The position numbers and the translations under genes were made by a program. A stretch of 64,000 bases of DNA from Laetmonice hystrix (taxonomy: Eukaryota): positions 14,942,001 through 15,006,000 of the forward strand of contig OZ249450.1 of NCBI GenBank assembly GCA_965235115.1, given 5' to 3'. The notes under the pieces are model-generated. The model saw nothing but the letters and a program-made list of their open reading frames with translations, was not told where the DNA came from and searched no databases. How positions within the stretch are numbered: position 1 is the stretch's first letter; every line of letters starts with the position of its first letter. Positions 1 through 12,709 of the stretch are shown here, one piece after another.

Positions 1-32
1 AATTGGACTGGGAGAGCTAGAGATGGGGAATC

Positions 33-108
33 TCCAATATATGCAATACCAAAGTTTCCAATATAATGCCATACCAAACTTTCCAATATATGCAATACCA
101 AACTTTCC
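33..108. repeat. Short tandem repeat, 24-25 bp unit, about 3 copies
   Basis: TCCAATATATGCAATACCAAA(G/C)TT occurs at 33, 57 and 82. Confidence 0.9.
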
Positions 109-2017
109 TATACCATGCACGTTAAAGATTGCGACCCTGAATCATGCAGTAACATTCATAAACATTCCAGTGTGTCCACACTAAGGTATTAGCGACGTTT
201 TTAGTAGTCAATCCTGATGATTCACGCCAGGAACGTCTCCTGGGACATGTCCTGTTCGATTTCTCACAGACACCAAACGGAGTCTTCCTGCATAAGTGGA
301 TTCATTCACGGTTCTATTTGGGCGTTTTCGGGGTAGATGTAGAAAAAGGGGGGCATTAACCGTATTGATAGCGACACCTGCCCCAGATTCTCTCTCCCAC
401 TCGGCATCGATTACAAACGAAATGCAAAGCTCTTTCATTCGGCCGACTCCCAAAGGACTGACACCAGGCGCGTGACACAGGAGTCGAGATTCGGTACCGT
501 GGGCCGAGGCTGAACGTTAGGAAGAGACTAAACTGGCTGTCGGAGCACCCTCGTGTCAAAGGCTGTCTTGGATTGAGGTGAAGGCAGCGGATATCATCGA
601 AATACACGCAGTGAAAGCGGCGGTGGGGTTAGTGGGCTGTGAATGCCGCATCCTTACACTAGCAGTATAAACCCGTTCAGGGCATCTAGGATCATTATCA
701 TACCTTAGCCTCGACCTTCTTCAAACCACAGCTCCAACACTCATAGTTTTGTTCGGACCCTATCGATTCTCTAATACCATAGCAACCTTACAAAGACACG
801 GTTGGCTCCCACGTATTTCATGTGCACGGTGTATATGAAAGGGGGGGGGGGCAATCATTACAGTTTGCATTTTCCTTATTCTGCTCAGAATTGATCACAT
901 TATCATTATTACGCTTCATCAAGCTAAATACAACAATTCAATGCAGTTAACAGAATTGATGCGGGCTCAAGAATCGTTGCAAATCTAAATTCACATACGG
1001 CTTTAATTTAAGGTCAATACTTCCTCCATCGGTCGTGACTTAATAAGTGCATGTATAGCCATACACAATAGACAATGTGAATGACAATGGCATAGGGCGA
1101 GTTCAGGTCGGGAGAGTTGACTGACGCGGTTTGATCATATTATGGAAACAACAGATATGAGTGTCATCTGATTGTTCAAAACGGAATTCACTATTACACA
1201 AATTCAATTAAATGCCTATCGTAAATTATTACTTAACTTTCCGATGAAAAAGTAGCTGAGTGCAGGATTCGATGTAGATGTTTATATTCAGAAAGCAGAC
1301 GGAAACATTGCATGCAGTCTCTTGTTGCCGAAAAAGATATGCATCTATCAAAGCTTAGCGCGATAATGGAAGTGACATGCTAATTGAGACGACTTTGATC
1401 TGTCGCGCGCCAGTCTGGAGATGGTGGGTGTATTCACATGCAATACTATTCTTCTATCAATGTTGATTTATAGATTTTCATGTCCTTCATAGACGCTTCA
1501 CATGGGGCTGTTTTTTTGCGGACGCCGACAATGAGAGAACTTGAGGTGATTGAAGAATGTCGGACTGAGCAGAACACATCCGCAGGCTGGCCATGTGAGC
1601 CCCATAATGGTCCATCCTCTAATATCCGCTCATGAAACTCGATAACATTTCTGGAGAGCACCAATTAATTACTGGAACACTTACATCCGACAACAAGTAC
1701 CACTTGCATTCAACACTCTCCATGAATACTCTTTATCAAGATGCTTGCCTCCCCCCACCCCACCCAAAGCTCTTACGTTCTACTATTTGGCTTGGCCTTC
1801 TGGTAAACATCTCTGAATTCTCACGTCGACGGAAACGTATTTAAAAATGTAGCAATGCCTTTACAGCCACCAGTGTACATAGAGGAATGTCTTTTCAGAG
1901 AGGCGTTGGCTGTGAACCGATTTATATCAGAGAGGTAAAAAAAATGTTTGTTTAAAATATTCCCCATGGCATACATGTCTATAAAATCAATATTACCTAC
2001 CTAAGGTCTAGGCTTAA

Positions 2018-2383
2018 AGTGCTACCGCAAATTCCTCAATTATTTATCGTTGAAACCCAGTGACACCATGTTAAAATTTCAGGATTGAGCGATAAGCGAA
2101 AGTGTTTTCAAAATAGAGCTATGTTAGGGGCCCAATAAATATTTACCGTTCGGTCCGACAGCTATTTGCTGAAGCCAGCGCGGACTGTGAGCTAACGGAT
2201 TCTATTTATAGATCATACATTATGTCCAAATATGGCAGCGGAATCGTAGCGGAAGCCAGGAGGACAGCGGAGACATATTTTTCCATTCCATTTAAAAAAT
2301 ACTTTCGCTGATCGCTCGAACCTGAAATTTAACATGGTGTCATGGCGTCGAAAGGTAAGAATTTGGGAATTTGGGGTGTCACT
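2018..2383. mobile_element. Non-autonomous DNA transposon (MITE) with long imperfect TIRs, Kolobok-type ends
   Basis: TTAA at 2014-2017 and 2384-2387 flanks AGTG...CACT termini. The inverted match extends about 95 bp, with core GACACCATGTTAAAATTTCAGG..GAGCGAT.AGCGAAAGT (about 2062-2113 vs 2290-2342). TTAA TSD with RR..YY termini is the Kolobok signature; piggyBac also uses TTAA but has CCCT ends. Confidence 0.8.
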
Positions 2384-5300
2384 TTAAGCTAAAGTCTTAT
2401 ATGGGGTCTGACAAGTGTGAGAACCTTAAATCTTTGCCAATACAAGAACATGGGAAAGAGGATCAGGTTCACAAAGAGAACAATATCCCAGACTTAAAGC
2501 TCGTATACGTTAGGTAAGTGTTTTGATGGAGGGGGTTGGTAATAATTTAGAGGATATGATTGGGCTATCATTCCACACGTCTGCCCCCCGCCCCCTCACG
2601 GCGAATCTGCTGCTGACCCCAGCTCATGCTTCTGATGGACCATCGCTCTCATTAACCCCAAGATGAAGGGGTAGGCTGTGCCCAGGAATGTCATGTGACG
2701 ACACTGATGTGACATGGACCCAAAAGATGCCTGTCGACCTTCTTAATAGAAATGCCGTGCTCCGAGTCCGCCGCAGGGCCACTCCCCTACTGCCCCCTGC
2801 CCCCCAACACACACCCGCCTTCCCTCGTGCCCGACCAGCCCAAGATTTCACTTCCCTCGCCGACTCCTGGGTATAAGATGGACACCAGTAAAACCATTAG
2901 CTCTCGCTGATCCAGCCTGTCAGCAAGGCCCTGAGTATAATGCGATTTCAATGTTTGCTTCGGTGCCACTAACAAGACGTTCGACGTGCGCCCGTAACCC
3001 GTACACTCCCTGGCCCTGACCGTGGAGGCCTTGTCCTTTTCCTCGCTGGCTGGAACCGCCTTGTATTGGACAAGTCTGGGGTCATCCAATTTAATGCTTC
3101 ATTCTTAATACCAGATGGTTCTTAGTCGGCTTGGCAATGACCTGTTGATGGGCAGTTAGCTCAATTCGGCCCCGTATCACTTGGAGCTATCCTGTTGAAC
3201 AAGGTCGGTCCAAGGCAATAACTGACATGTTTGCTGAGTCAGCATCGTCAATAATTACGCAGCTCCTAATGACCCATGGGTTACAAAAATGAAAATGGGG
3301 TTCAATACCGACCGAACGTTGGACTAACAAGCCTGATTAGTAAAGGAAATTCACTGGAGCTGTCCCGCAAATTGATCGGTAAATAACATCCCTCTCCACT
3401 CTCTGTGTTACCACCATTATCATTTCCGGTGCATATAATCGCCTTTTTAAATCAATTTTTCCTGTCCATATCGGCGCAGCGGTGAATGCCTCCTAAAGTC
3501 CGAAAATTCAGAGGTTACAGTTGAGGTCCATGTTTGCTGATATTGACCCGACATGGGCCCTTTCCGGTCCCTGGGCCCATGAACGCTATGTATCGAAATC
3601 AGAGATAGGCCCTTGTGGGCGACGGGTCAATCTTCTAGGATTAGTTTTACGAGTGGCTTTACTTGTACATGGGATATCTCGGGAACATGCATTAAGGGTA
3701 TTTCAGTGGCAACAGAAGTCCGGATATTACTCGGCTCACTCCTTGATACCAAAGACCCTTTATGTGGATGAGATTTATGTGCATGCTCTATAGATTAAGA
3801 TGAAATCCACATTGTGTCTTCGATCTGTATCAAGAGTCGAAGGTGCATATTTAATACCAGCGGTTATCCTGGATTAAAAGGTGGCTATGCGTTACGTCGG
3901 TAAGTATTAGCAACGCAGAGTGCAATTCTATCGGAGGAGAGCTTATTGAACTGTTACATTGGCTCATTCTGGTTTCAATGGCGCTACGTGGGATTTTTGA
4001 CAAGAAAGAATCGGAGGCCGTGATGAGAGGTGGTGATAAGGGAATCGATGGGTCGTAAAGCGTTCGCTGGCTGGCAGGGAAACATGCCATCTATTGCTGG
4101 AATCTCTAACGATGAATCCAGCCAGCATTAGGCCGGGTCGTTCTCAGTACGCCTACCAATCCAGCACCATGACTTATCTGCCGGCTAATCGGCCGGCCAT
4201 TGATTGGGGTACGGTCGAGGACAGCAAGCGTACAATCCTGAGCGCAGTGCTTGGCCCGCTCCGATACTGCCTTACGGGGGTCTTTCTTCAACATGGCTTA
4301 ATAACAGTCGCTGCTTAGCGACCGGAGTGGGTGAAATCTTCCAGGTTCATCACGTCGCTAAGAACATAGATCTCCCATCGCAGCACCCAAAACATGCCAG
4401 CTGCGCCGATATGTACAATAACCTGACATGCTAGTCGGTGCTCCTTGCGTCCAGCGCTCTCGTCTTGCGAATAACGCCAGCTCAGCAGTTTCCAGCTAAT
4501 GTGTCGGTCGTCTTGATTGAATGCCGTGACGTCAGAGGCTCGGGTCACGTGACACGAGATAACGACCGGGGTAGACGACGAGAAATGACGGACGGAGAAG
4601 TGGTGCTCGGTGTCGGTACGTACGTACGTACGGCCGGCCAGCCGGACGGACGGACGGAGCGATGTCAGTGGACAGCTTGGTGTACGGAGGGCCTAATGGA
4701 CCATGTTGTCGCTCCCCAGTTATCTTTCAGACGGTCCACTGAGATGTCGGCCTACCTCCTGTCGGTCCCATGCACGGTCGTACAGTAAACTCGGGAGTTC
4801 ATGATATCAGTCGGCTCGTCAGGAGTAGCCTCTGTACACGAATGCAGAGCCATAGAGGTCAAAACGGTCGCCGAGATTCCCTTAGAAGATTCTCTTTAAT
4901 AAAAGGCTAATTCCGGGCAGCCTTTTGCCGGATGTGCACGTTCTTCTTGCCTTGATGCTTGAGAAAATAGGTCACCATTTTGATAAATGTTCCACCGGAA
5001 CATGGCTAGAGGCGCGGCCCTGTCGGTTGGCGGTGGAGCCCCATACGTTTGTGTGCGATATGAGCACATGTGTATGTCTGGGAGGGAGGCGCGCTTCGGC
5101 CAGGCTCACATCAAACCGCTGTCGGAACAGGTGGGGCCCATCGTCGTTTGTCTCTGTCGCGGATATCCGACATCAGAGAATAGTGCAGAGCTACGTGCCG
5201 CCACCACCAACCACCACCTTCAACCAGCCTCACCACCACCAGCACCACCACCTCGGCCTCCTTCCTCCAACCTCGGCGTGTCTCTCCATTTACTGGGTTT

Positions 5301-8300
5301 GTCAGGCGGCAGTGGCGCGCCCCCTTGTTCACACGTCCCGACATAACGGGATACCTAGTGTGGGATTAATGCGCTGCGAGACAAGGGATACACAACCGAA
5401 TGGGATAGTACACGCAACAGCAAACCGGAGACACCCCCTCCCGCCTTGCTCGCGATACAAGCGTACCATCCCCCATTTAACTGCCACCCCTGTATCATGG
5501 AGAATCAATATACGAGCATTAACATGCACCAACTTATGTTTAATTCAAGCCAATCTCATGTGTCGAGTCCTTTATCTCGACGCTGTAATTTATATGAAAC
5601 ATGATATTAAAGATACTGTTAAACCCTACGGCATAAACGCGTTGAGTCGGCGCTGTTAATTATATGCCATATAGAGTCCCTCGTCTGATATTAATAGCCA
5701 TTAGAATCATACTATTTATTCGTAGTCGTTAAAGGATAGCCAGGCGTCGTGATTCAGTGGGCGACTGCCGACGTATTAGGGTAGAGTGTTTGTTATAACA
5801 CGACTCCCAGGCACTGGCTGTATTGTAATTTGGCTGTTCCGTTATGCAGTGCCGGGCCGGCGCGTATAATTGGTGGGGGGCGAGCCAGGCTCAGGTCATC
5901 GTAAGGTTAAAGATTGCTCACTATTACGGTTAAATTAGATCGGCACGACCCTAATAAAAGTGGAATGATGGATCTCTACTCTATATTCACCATTAACAAC
6001 TGTCAGCCTCCTCCGGTCGAGCGAGGGACGCTGGCGGACTATTTCTTCTCACGGTGACGTCATAAAGAGGAAACCTAGCCAATCGCAAGCTCCAGAAACG
6101 CAACGATCGAGTCTATGAAAAATATACTTCAAAGGAGCAACAATTCCAGTGAATGAAACGTATCTACACCCAGATAGAGTTACCAAACGTCCATCATGCA
6201 TGGGCTATGTTTTGTTGTCGATCGATCTGTGTTTTTTGTGTCAATGTATAATAAAGCGAGCTTGTTTGGATATGATTTTCCACCGAAGTAATGTTACGTG
6301 CTAAAATTGATATAAGGTATATGACGTCATCATATTTGGGCTATTATTCATGGTACATTGGTTGATGTTTCTTTGCTTTACTTCACGTTTGATTTCAGCT
6401 GAATTAATCCATTCATATAAGAATATATTAAGACATGAAAACATGCATGCCAGATATCATTTTTTTACCCTTTGAAAAGAAACTTAAATTAAGCATGCAA
6501 GATAACCTTGACCAGACTTCTTATGGAGCGGTTTGTAAAAGTAGAGGAAGGGATTCCACCACAGAGTAAGCCCGAGTTACACCGACTTTAAAAAGAACTT
6601 CTCGGGATTTTCACTCTCATCTTCATGATCCGTTGAGAATTCGACACTTTCGGACTCTGACTTCCTGAAACTTTAACCGTCGTTCAATGTGGGTTCGGCT
6701 GTAGTCGCCGCAGCAACATGACAAAACAAACCATCAATGTGCAGGAATTGAAAGTGATCCTGATATATTGTCACGATATGAGAGGTTGTTTGGTCCGATT
6801 TCTCCACCTTTCATGGACACATCCACGTGATAATGTCTCAGTGTATACAATCAATACTTCATTGTACCGTACCAATGTGCATGTTTGGCGGCTCGTATAT
6901 CCTTCCAGTATAGCTCCAATCACACCCAGATTGTATGCACATGAAATTGTCTCACATGCTGCCCGATCCTAGTTCTTATATCTTCCTCGTTGTAACCCCT
7001 AATCCCCCGCCCAATATCATTCACCACCATTTCATTTGGAGGCCAGGCAAACACAAACACAAAGAATAAAACAATCCCAGATGAGATTGTACGTATCTGG
7101 TACACGATAATAAAGATAAACAGTTGCTACACGAAAGAATACCTTACTTTTTCGATTTCGTACGTTGCCTTACAAAGCAGTGTGAATGAACACAATGTAC
7201 TTTGCCTTTCTAAACCAGTTAAACTGATGGCTTCACTATGCCCATCATTACTGTTTCTAGCACGCTAATCACCATAAACTATACATATCTCCTGTTAAGA
7301 ACTTTAACCAAGGGTAACCCCTAGTTAATCTCTACCACGAGTGTCTGGAATATACCAATTAATAAGTTAATGAAGAGAAAACGCTGGCAAGCCTACCTCC
7401 AGTCGTAGATCAGTGGATCGACGTGCTGAGACCATAACAGCGACGCTCAATTTGAGCACCCGAGCGGCGCCCAGTATATATTTTGGATTTGTCCGAATAT
7501 CCCCGCCTCTGCGCCCCTGCAACAATAATCACGGCCTTTTTACAATAATGATAGGCGTATTGCAGCCGGTCACTGGCGTAATATAGAGTCCCAAGTGTGG
7601 ATAAATTATCCACCCATTACTGACTGTACACCATTGAAATGGGGCAGTGGAAATGACATTCACCAATTGTCGGATTTTGGCCATACAGATGTTAAATAAT
7701 GAAAACCTGTATGGACTGACGTGCAACAAAGGAACAATGTGAGCGACGTTATCGACATAAACAACATTGGAAAACATTGTAGGTTAGACAGCTGACTGGG
7801 AGTCACTGCCATAATATACCTGGTATATCGGCAATCTCCATATTACACGACCTGTATCACTTTAGACATTATCAATGAAAGATTCATCATGATCTATTGA
7901 TCACATGGGCCAGATGATTATACTGCGAAAATACCTTTTTTATCGTTATTTTCACCTGTATATCGAGAATACTGTATCTATTATATATTATATACTAAGT
8001 TATGACAGTTGCATGACTGCTGGTATAGGGAAGGTGTCAGTAATTATGACCTTATATCATGCAATTTCATTTAAGTATCTCTGAAGATCAGGATATCAGG
8101 AGTACAGAAGTGTGATTCGGTGATTCGGGTGGGGGTAGAACCCTACAAAGACATAATCGGGTTTCAACATAAACAACACCTTTTCGTTTATCCATGTTAT
8201 CCATTTTATAAAGCATTCAGTTTTTGGTTCTATTTTTGAATATATCATATGTATCCACCTTATATCTATAGTGGTAATCTGTACCACAGAACGGAATCTA

Positions 8301-10966
8301 TGCCCAGATTTTTCCCCATTCCTCTCTCAAACTTCAGCTAATGTCGATAAAGAAACCAAAAAGGTTTAACCTCCGATATTCAGTCGCCATATGCAGTTTG
8401 TGATCTGGCTGGATGGGCTAACTGCCACCGGAAAGCTATTACCCGTCCCACCACTCTCTTCTCATCTCATGAAAGCGACATGAATTTCAATTTGGCAGTA
8501 AACAGCGATTGGTGGCGCCACCTATCCCGTGGTTGTTTGAGACTGGGATATAATACAATAATGACATCCTGTTGTTTTAGGTCAAGCGTATTTTTGTCAT
8601 TTAGCTGGGCTGTACAAAGATCACAGAGAGATCTTGTCATTATAGTAGATAGACCCAATTCTAACACTTTTAATATACTTTACATGACTAAGTAGTTAAT
8701 ATACTAATCCGACTGTAATCCCAGTATTTATTCTCTACATTTTAGTGGTATATAGTTATCATAATGAATACATTACGCCATACAGTATGATAGAATTCAT
8801 CCTGATCGGGGATTATACCATAAGTAATGTTGTTTCATCTCCCCATTCTATAAGTATCATCAATTGTATATACATATCTTATGGAAATAGATTCAATTCA
8901 ATTCTTCATTTTTAAGTTTCTAATTCCCGCTAAGGGGTAAACGAAAAAAAGTCCTTCTTTCATTTGTACATCCTTTAAAGTTGATAATACAGGGAACATT
9001 GTAAAAAATATTACTATTACTGCATCGGTCATCAATTTTATGTACACCTGTATAGGTTGGGACGTGACTTTGGGATTACCTACAGTGATTTGGTGAATGG
9101 GTGTGTGAAGATTGTGGGCGGGGATCCCCGAGTCGATGGTGGCGGTACCGGTATGTGTTTTGGCGAGCGGCCTGGATAGCGGGTCGGGGGTGAGGTGGGT
9201 TACTAGTGAAGCAGGCTCCCATGAGACTGGCTGACGAATGGATTCCTACCGGTGGTGAGGCCGACGTTGTTGACGGCCAGGGGCCACGGTCAAGGCGAGC
9301 CCACTGTCCACTTCATCATTGACCACGGGCCGTGCGAACAGCGGGCCTGGTCCGACCAGCCGGGCTCGGGGTCGGGGCAACAAACGCCATGCCCCCAGGC
9401 CGCTCAGTATCCACTCCGGCCGTTTACCTGGGGAGGGACGGAGGGTGGGGCGGGGGTGGGGAGGTGGGGCGCTACCCGCTGGTTCTCACCACTGCGATTC
9501 ATGACGTGTAGTTGTCACTAGGACGTGGCTGGTCGTCGGGTGAGACTGACCAGCCTTCGGCGTATGTTATGATCGGGGGTGTCGGACGTTACTGTGTAGT
9601 CAAGGAGGGAGGGGGGAGTCAATTCCCCCTTCACTATTATCGGGGTTACCCCCCGATTACCCCCCCCCCCCTTTTCTCTCTCGGTATCCATGCTGCCCGA
9701 CACTGCCTGGAGAAACACTTTTCAACCTTCCCAACATCCTCCCCAGTGATGGACACTTTATGATTATAACAACTAGATTTCGTTTTACGACACCAATACC
9801 GCACGGCCAGACACGACCCCACGTGAGGCAATAACCAACACATCATGGGTTTACTACTTTAGTATATTCATACATTGCTAAATGACCGGGCTACATGCAT
9901 GTCGTATTTATGATCGGAGAGCAATGTTAAAACCGTATATCTCTTTATAAATATATACATCCTACCCGTCTTGTTATCTCAATATGTAACATGCGATCCA
10001 ACTTGGTGGAGCTTTATTTGATTCATCGTGGCAGCGCATAATATCCATCCATAGATTGACAAGAAAACATACTAGCACGTGTATGGATTTGCCGCGTGGG
10101 TGCATGTATACTATATGTGTCTAGTTAATTGTCCAAACAGAGAAAAACCAGCCTACGTTTAATATAGCAAGAAGCATGCCTGGTGACGAGCACTAATAGC
10201 CACGGCGGCGGTATAGCTCATTGGAAAACACGTGTTTGTAAAACATTGCCGTTTGACATATACACCGTTCATCTGCATCGTAATGACAGGGAGACCCATG
10301 TCGTCTCAGAGAGCCGAGTTATATTATATATTATAATATAACTAGTATATTATAATATAACTAGATGGGTATATTATATTCCGGGTATCCAGACTGCTGA
10401 CCGTCGTCTACCTGTCCACACATACCAAGGGGGGTACCAGGCGTCATCCCAACACATCCCCACCCTCCGAGTCCATCCACCCACCCACAGATATAGCTCC
10501 TGTCGCTTCCTTCACAGTTATTACTCTATTATTTATCCTGACATACGAAAGAGAAAATCGCACTGGTCTCTTATAATGTGGCTTCTCTGTATGCCACATG
10601 AATTATGGATATAAACCTGAGGCCTGCACCAACAGAGACCGTCCAGTGGCCGCGCTGTGTTCACCATTCTGATACACGGGCCGATATCATAGACTCGCCC
10701 CAGGCTCACTGGCCGCTATCGCTTTGACATTCGCTTCAATGTATGCCTCCCGGCCATACCTCATCCCTAGCTCATCTCTATCGATCCCTGCTATTAAGCA
10801 ATTTGGGTAATATTCCGGCGATGCATGTTTTAAAGGAACCGATTTGGTTGTGAGTCAACCGTTCCTGAGATCAGCGAAAACCTTCAGACATTATAATGCA
10901 TATATATTATATCCGTATGTATTTAGGCCTACATGTGTTTGAGGCGCGCCTGGATGCACATGTATC

Positions 10967-11867
10967 GGTCGATCTGGCCCATCGGCCGGTGGGCCTGGCC
11001 CATCGGTGGATTGACAAACGGGGTTCCCCATCGGCCGATAGGCGACCCGTCGGTCGATCCACCGATGGGGCAGGCCAGTCGGCCGACGGGTTAGGTATCT
11101 GCGCTGTTGGTGGGACAGACCCATCGGATGATATTATTTCAAAAGGAGGATTAACTGTACATGATATTACTATGAAGATTTCCAATAAAACAAACATGTA
11201 ACATAATATTGTATGGTAAACCAAATACTATTTGGAGTAATTAATAAAACAGTCTAGTGGCATCCTATAATACCAGAGTATCTTCCGGTATAAGCGTCAG
11301 GGTCGAATTCGACTTGAGAGAGGAGGGGGGAGACACCGGGTAAGCATAGAGCTACCAGAAGAGCTACCAAAAGAATTACGAAAATATGACAACTCAACTT
11401 CATTGTGAATCTTGAAAATTTGATTTTTTTTATCACAATAAAACAGAAGGCGTCCATCTCTATCATGGCGACATTTTGACATACAAAAATCACAGGCCAG
11501 GTGGGCAGGGCTGGGTATATTAGTCCACCTGCAATTTTGCATAGATGCATTCTTGCTCCACTGCATGTCAAGTACACGCCCGGCTTTAGCAGGAACCATA
11601 GAAGAAAAGCGCTACATGACCTTATTCGGAAACTGACGCAACCATGCAATTCCTAAACCACGTCACAGTAACGGTATCAATGGTCATGCGTCCATCATGT
11701 CTCCTGATTTACCAGCCAATCACCGACCGACGGGTCACACCCGTCGGCCGACGGGGCAGGACCTGGCGCGTCAGGTATCGACCAACGGGTCACCCATCGG
11801 CTTCTGGGCGACCCGTTGGTCGATCCACCGATGGGTCAAGCCTATCGGCCCATGGGCCAGATCGACC
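10967..11867. repeat. Pair of GC-rich inverted arms (about 125-160 bp each) built from short palindromic modules; foldback-like
   Basis: 10967 GGTCGATCTGGCCCATCGGCCGGTGGGCCTGGCCCATCGGTGGATTGACAAACGGG matches the reverse complement of about 11810-11867 (GGTCGATCTGGCCCATGGGCCGATAGGCTTGACCCATCGGTGGATCGACCAACGGG). Similarity continues for about 95 bp at roughly 80% by eye. The spacer is about 600 bp and unrelated. Confidence 0.85.
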
Positions 11868-11879
11868 AATGGCATGTAA

Positions 11880-12709
11880 CCTGGAAAAGAACTGGAACAC
11901 TCTTTTTTTGACTGTAACTTCTATAATTTTTATACCGATGTCATAATATTTTGCATATGATATCATATGGTTAATTGGGGCATTTGGTACATATTTCCGA
12001 TAAATAGGCCAAACTGCCCCAAAATAGTGCCATTTTAAAAACTGCATGTCAAAAATTGCAATGCCGGAGCAGGGTAATTAACATGTTACTGCACGTCTGC
12101 AGGGTTGGTGCCACTGTGTCTGAATAACGTGCCATCTGTCAATCAAGTGCCACCTGCCAAATCACAGGTGAGCGGTCAGACTCTGCCTTGACACATTTCA
12201 TCAGAAACTTTCGCACAGAGCAGGTTGTTTCCGAAATTTTCAGCATGGTGTTCAGTGATGATGACAGCGTTATTATTGAAGCTTGTTATCTGGAAAAAGG
12301 ATGCGTTTACACCATTTGGGATTCCTTCTCTGAAAGGGTAAACAAAGGTCGCACCAAAATAAGTCATGGAGAACGAACTGAATTAAGGAGAAGATTCGGG
12401 AAAAGTGGGAGGAAATTACTCTGGAAGAAGTCAGGAAGTCAATCTGGTCATTTTAAAAAAGACTTAGGGCTGTGTGTGAACAGGACGGAGGGGGAGGGCA
12501 CATCGATCACCTGTTCAACTAAAATAGGTTGTAAAGCTTACTTAGCTCTCCGTCATTGTATTTTTTGTTTGATTCGTTGCCACTTAAACGGATTTTGACT
12601 TATATGCCTCAAATTCTGAGATCATGCACCAAACTTTATTGGCAAAATATGCAAATTGGAGAAGTTATAGTCAAGTAAAGAGTGTCCCAGTTTTTTCTGG
12701 CCCACCCAA
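11880..12709 (+). mobile_element. Internally deleted Tc1/mariner-superfamily element (maT/DD37D-like ends)
   Basis: The right TIR 12653-12709 (reverse complement TTGGGTGGGCCAGAAAAAACTGGGACACTCTTTACTTGACTATAACTTCT) is followed by TA. The degenerate left TIR 11880-11929 (CCTGGAAAAGAACTGGAACACTCTTTTTTTGACTGTAACTTCT) matches it at about 80%. Transposase remnants lie inside. Confidence 0.8.
12245..12522 (+). pseudogene. Tc1/mariner transposase remnant (N-terminus fused to C-terminus)
   Basis: MVFSDDDSVIIEACYLEKG is joined to VYTIWDSFSERVNKGRTK. After a frameshift comes IKEKIREKWEEITLEEVRKSIWSF*KRLRAVCEQDGGGGHIDHLFN* (12382-12522), matching the family C-terminal pattern LK..I...W..I......I....KRL.AV....GGHIEHL. 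The catalytic core is absent. Confidence 0.85.

Noticed and set aside
4925-5659. Longest ORF in the track (244 aa) as a gene
   Set aside because: Non-ATG start, low-complexity (CCA)n tract, overlapping ORFs in several frames and no recognisable domain.
6521-7105. 195-codon minus-strand frame interrupted only by TGA (selenoprotein or alternative genetic code)
   Set aside because: A rough estimate gives about one such run by chance in six frames of 64 kb. Three of the six TGAs come from an out-of-frame acidic GAT/GAA stretch, and no SECIS or Sec-type motif was recognised.
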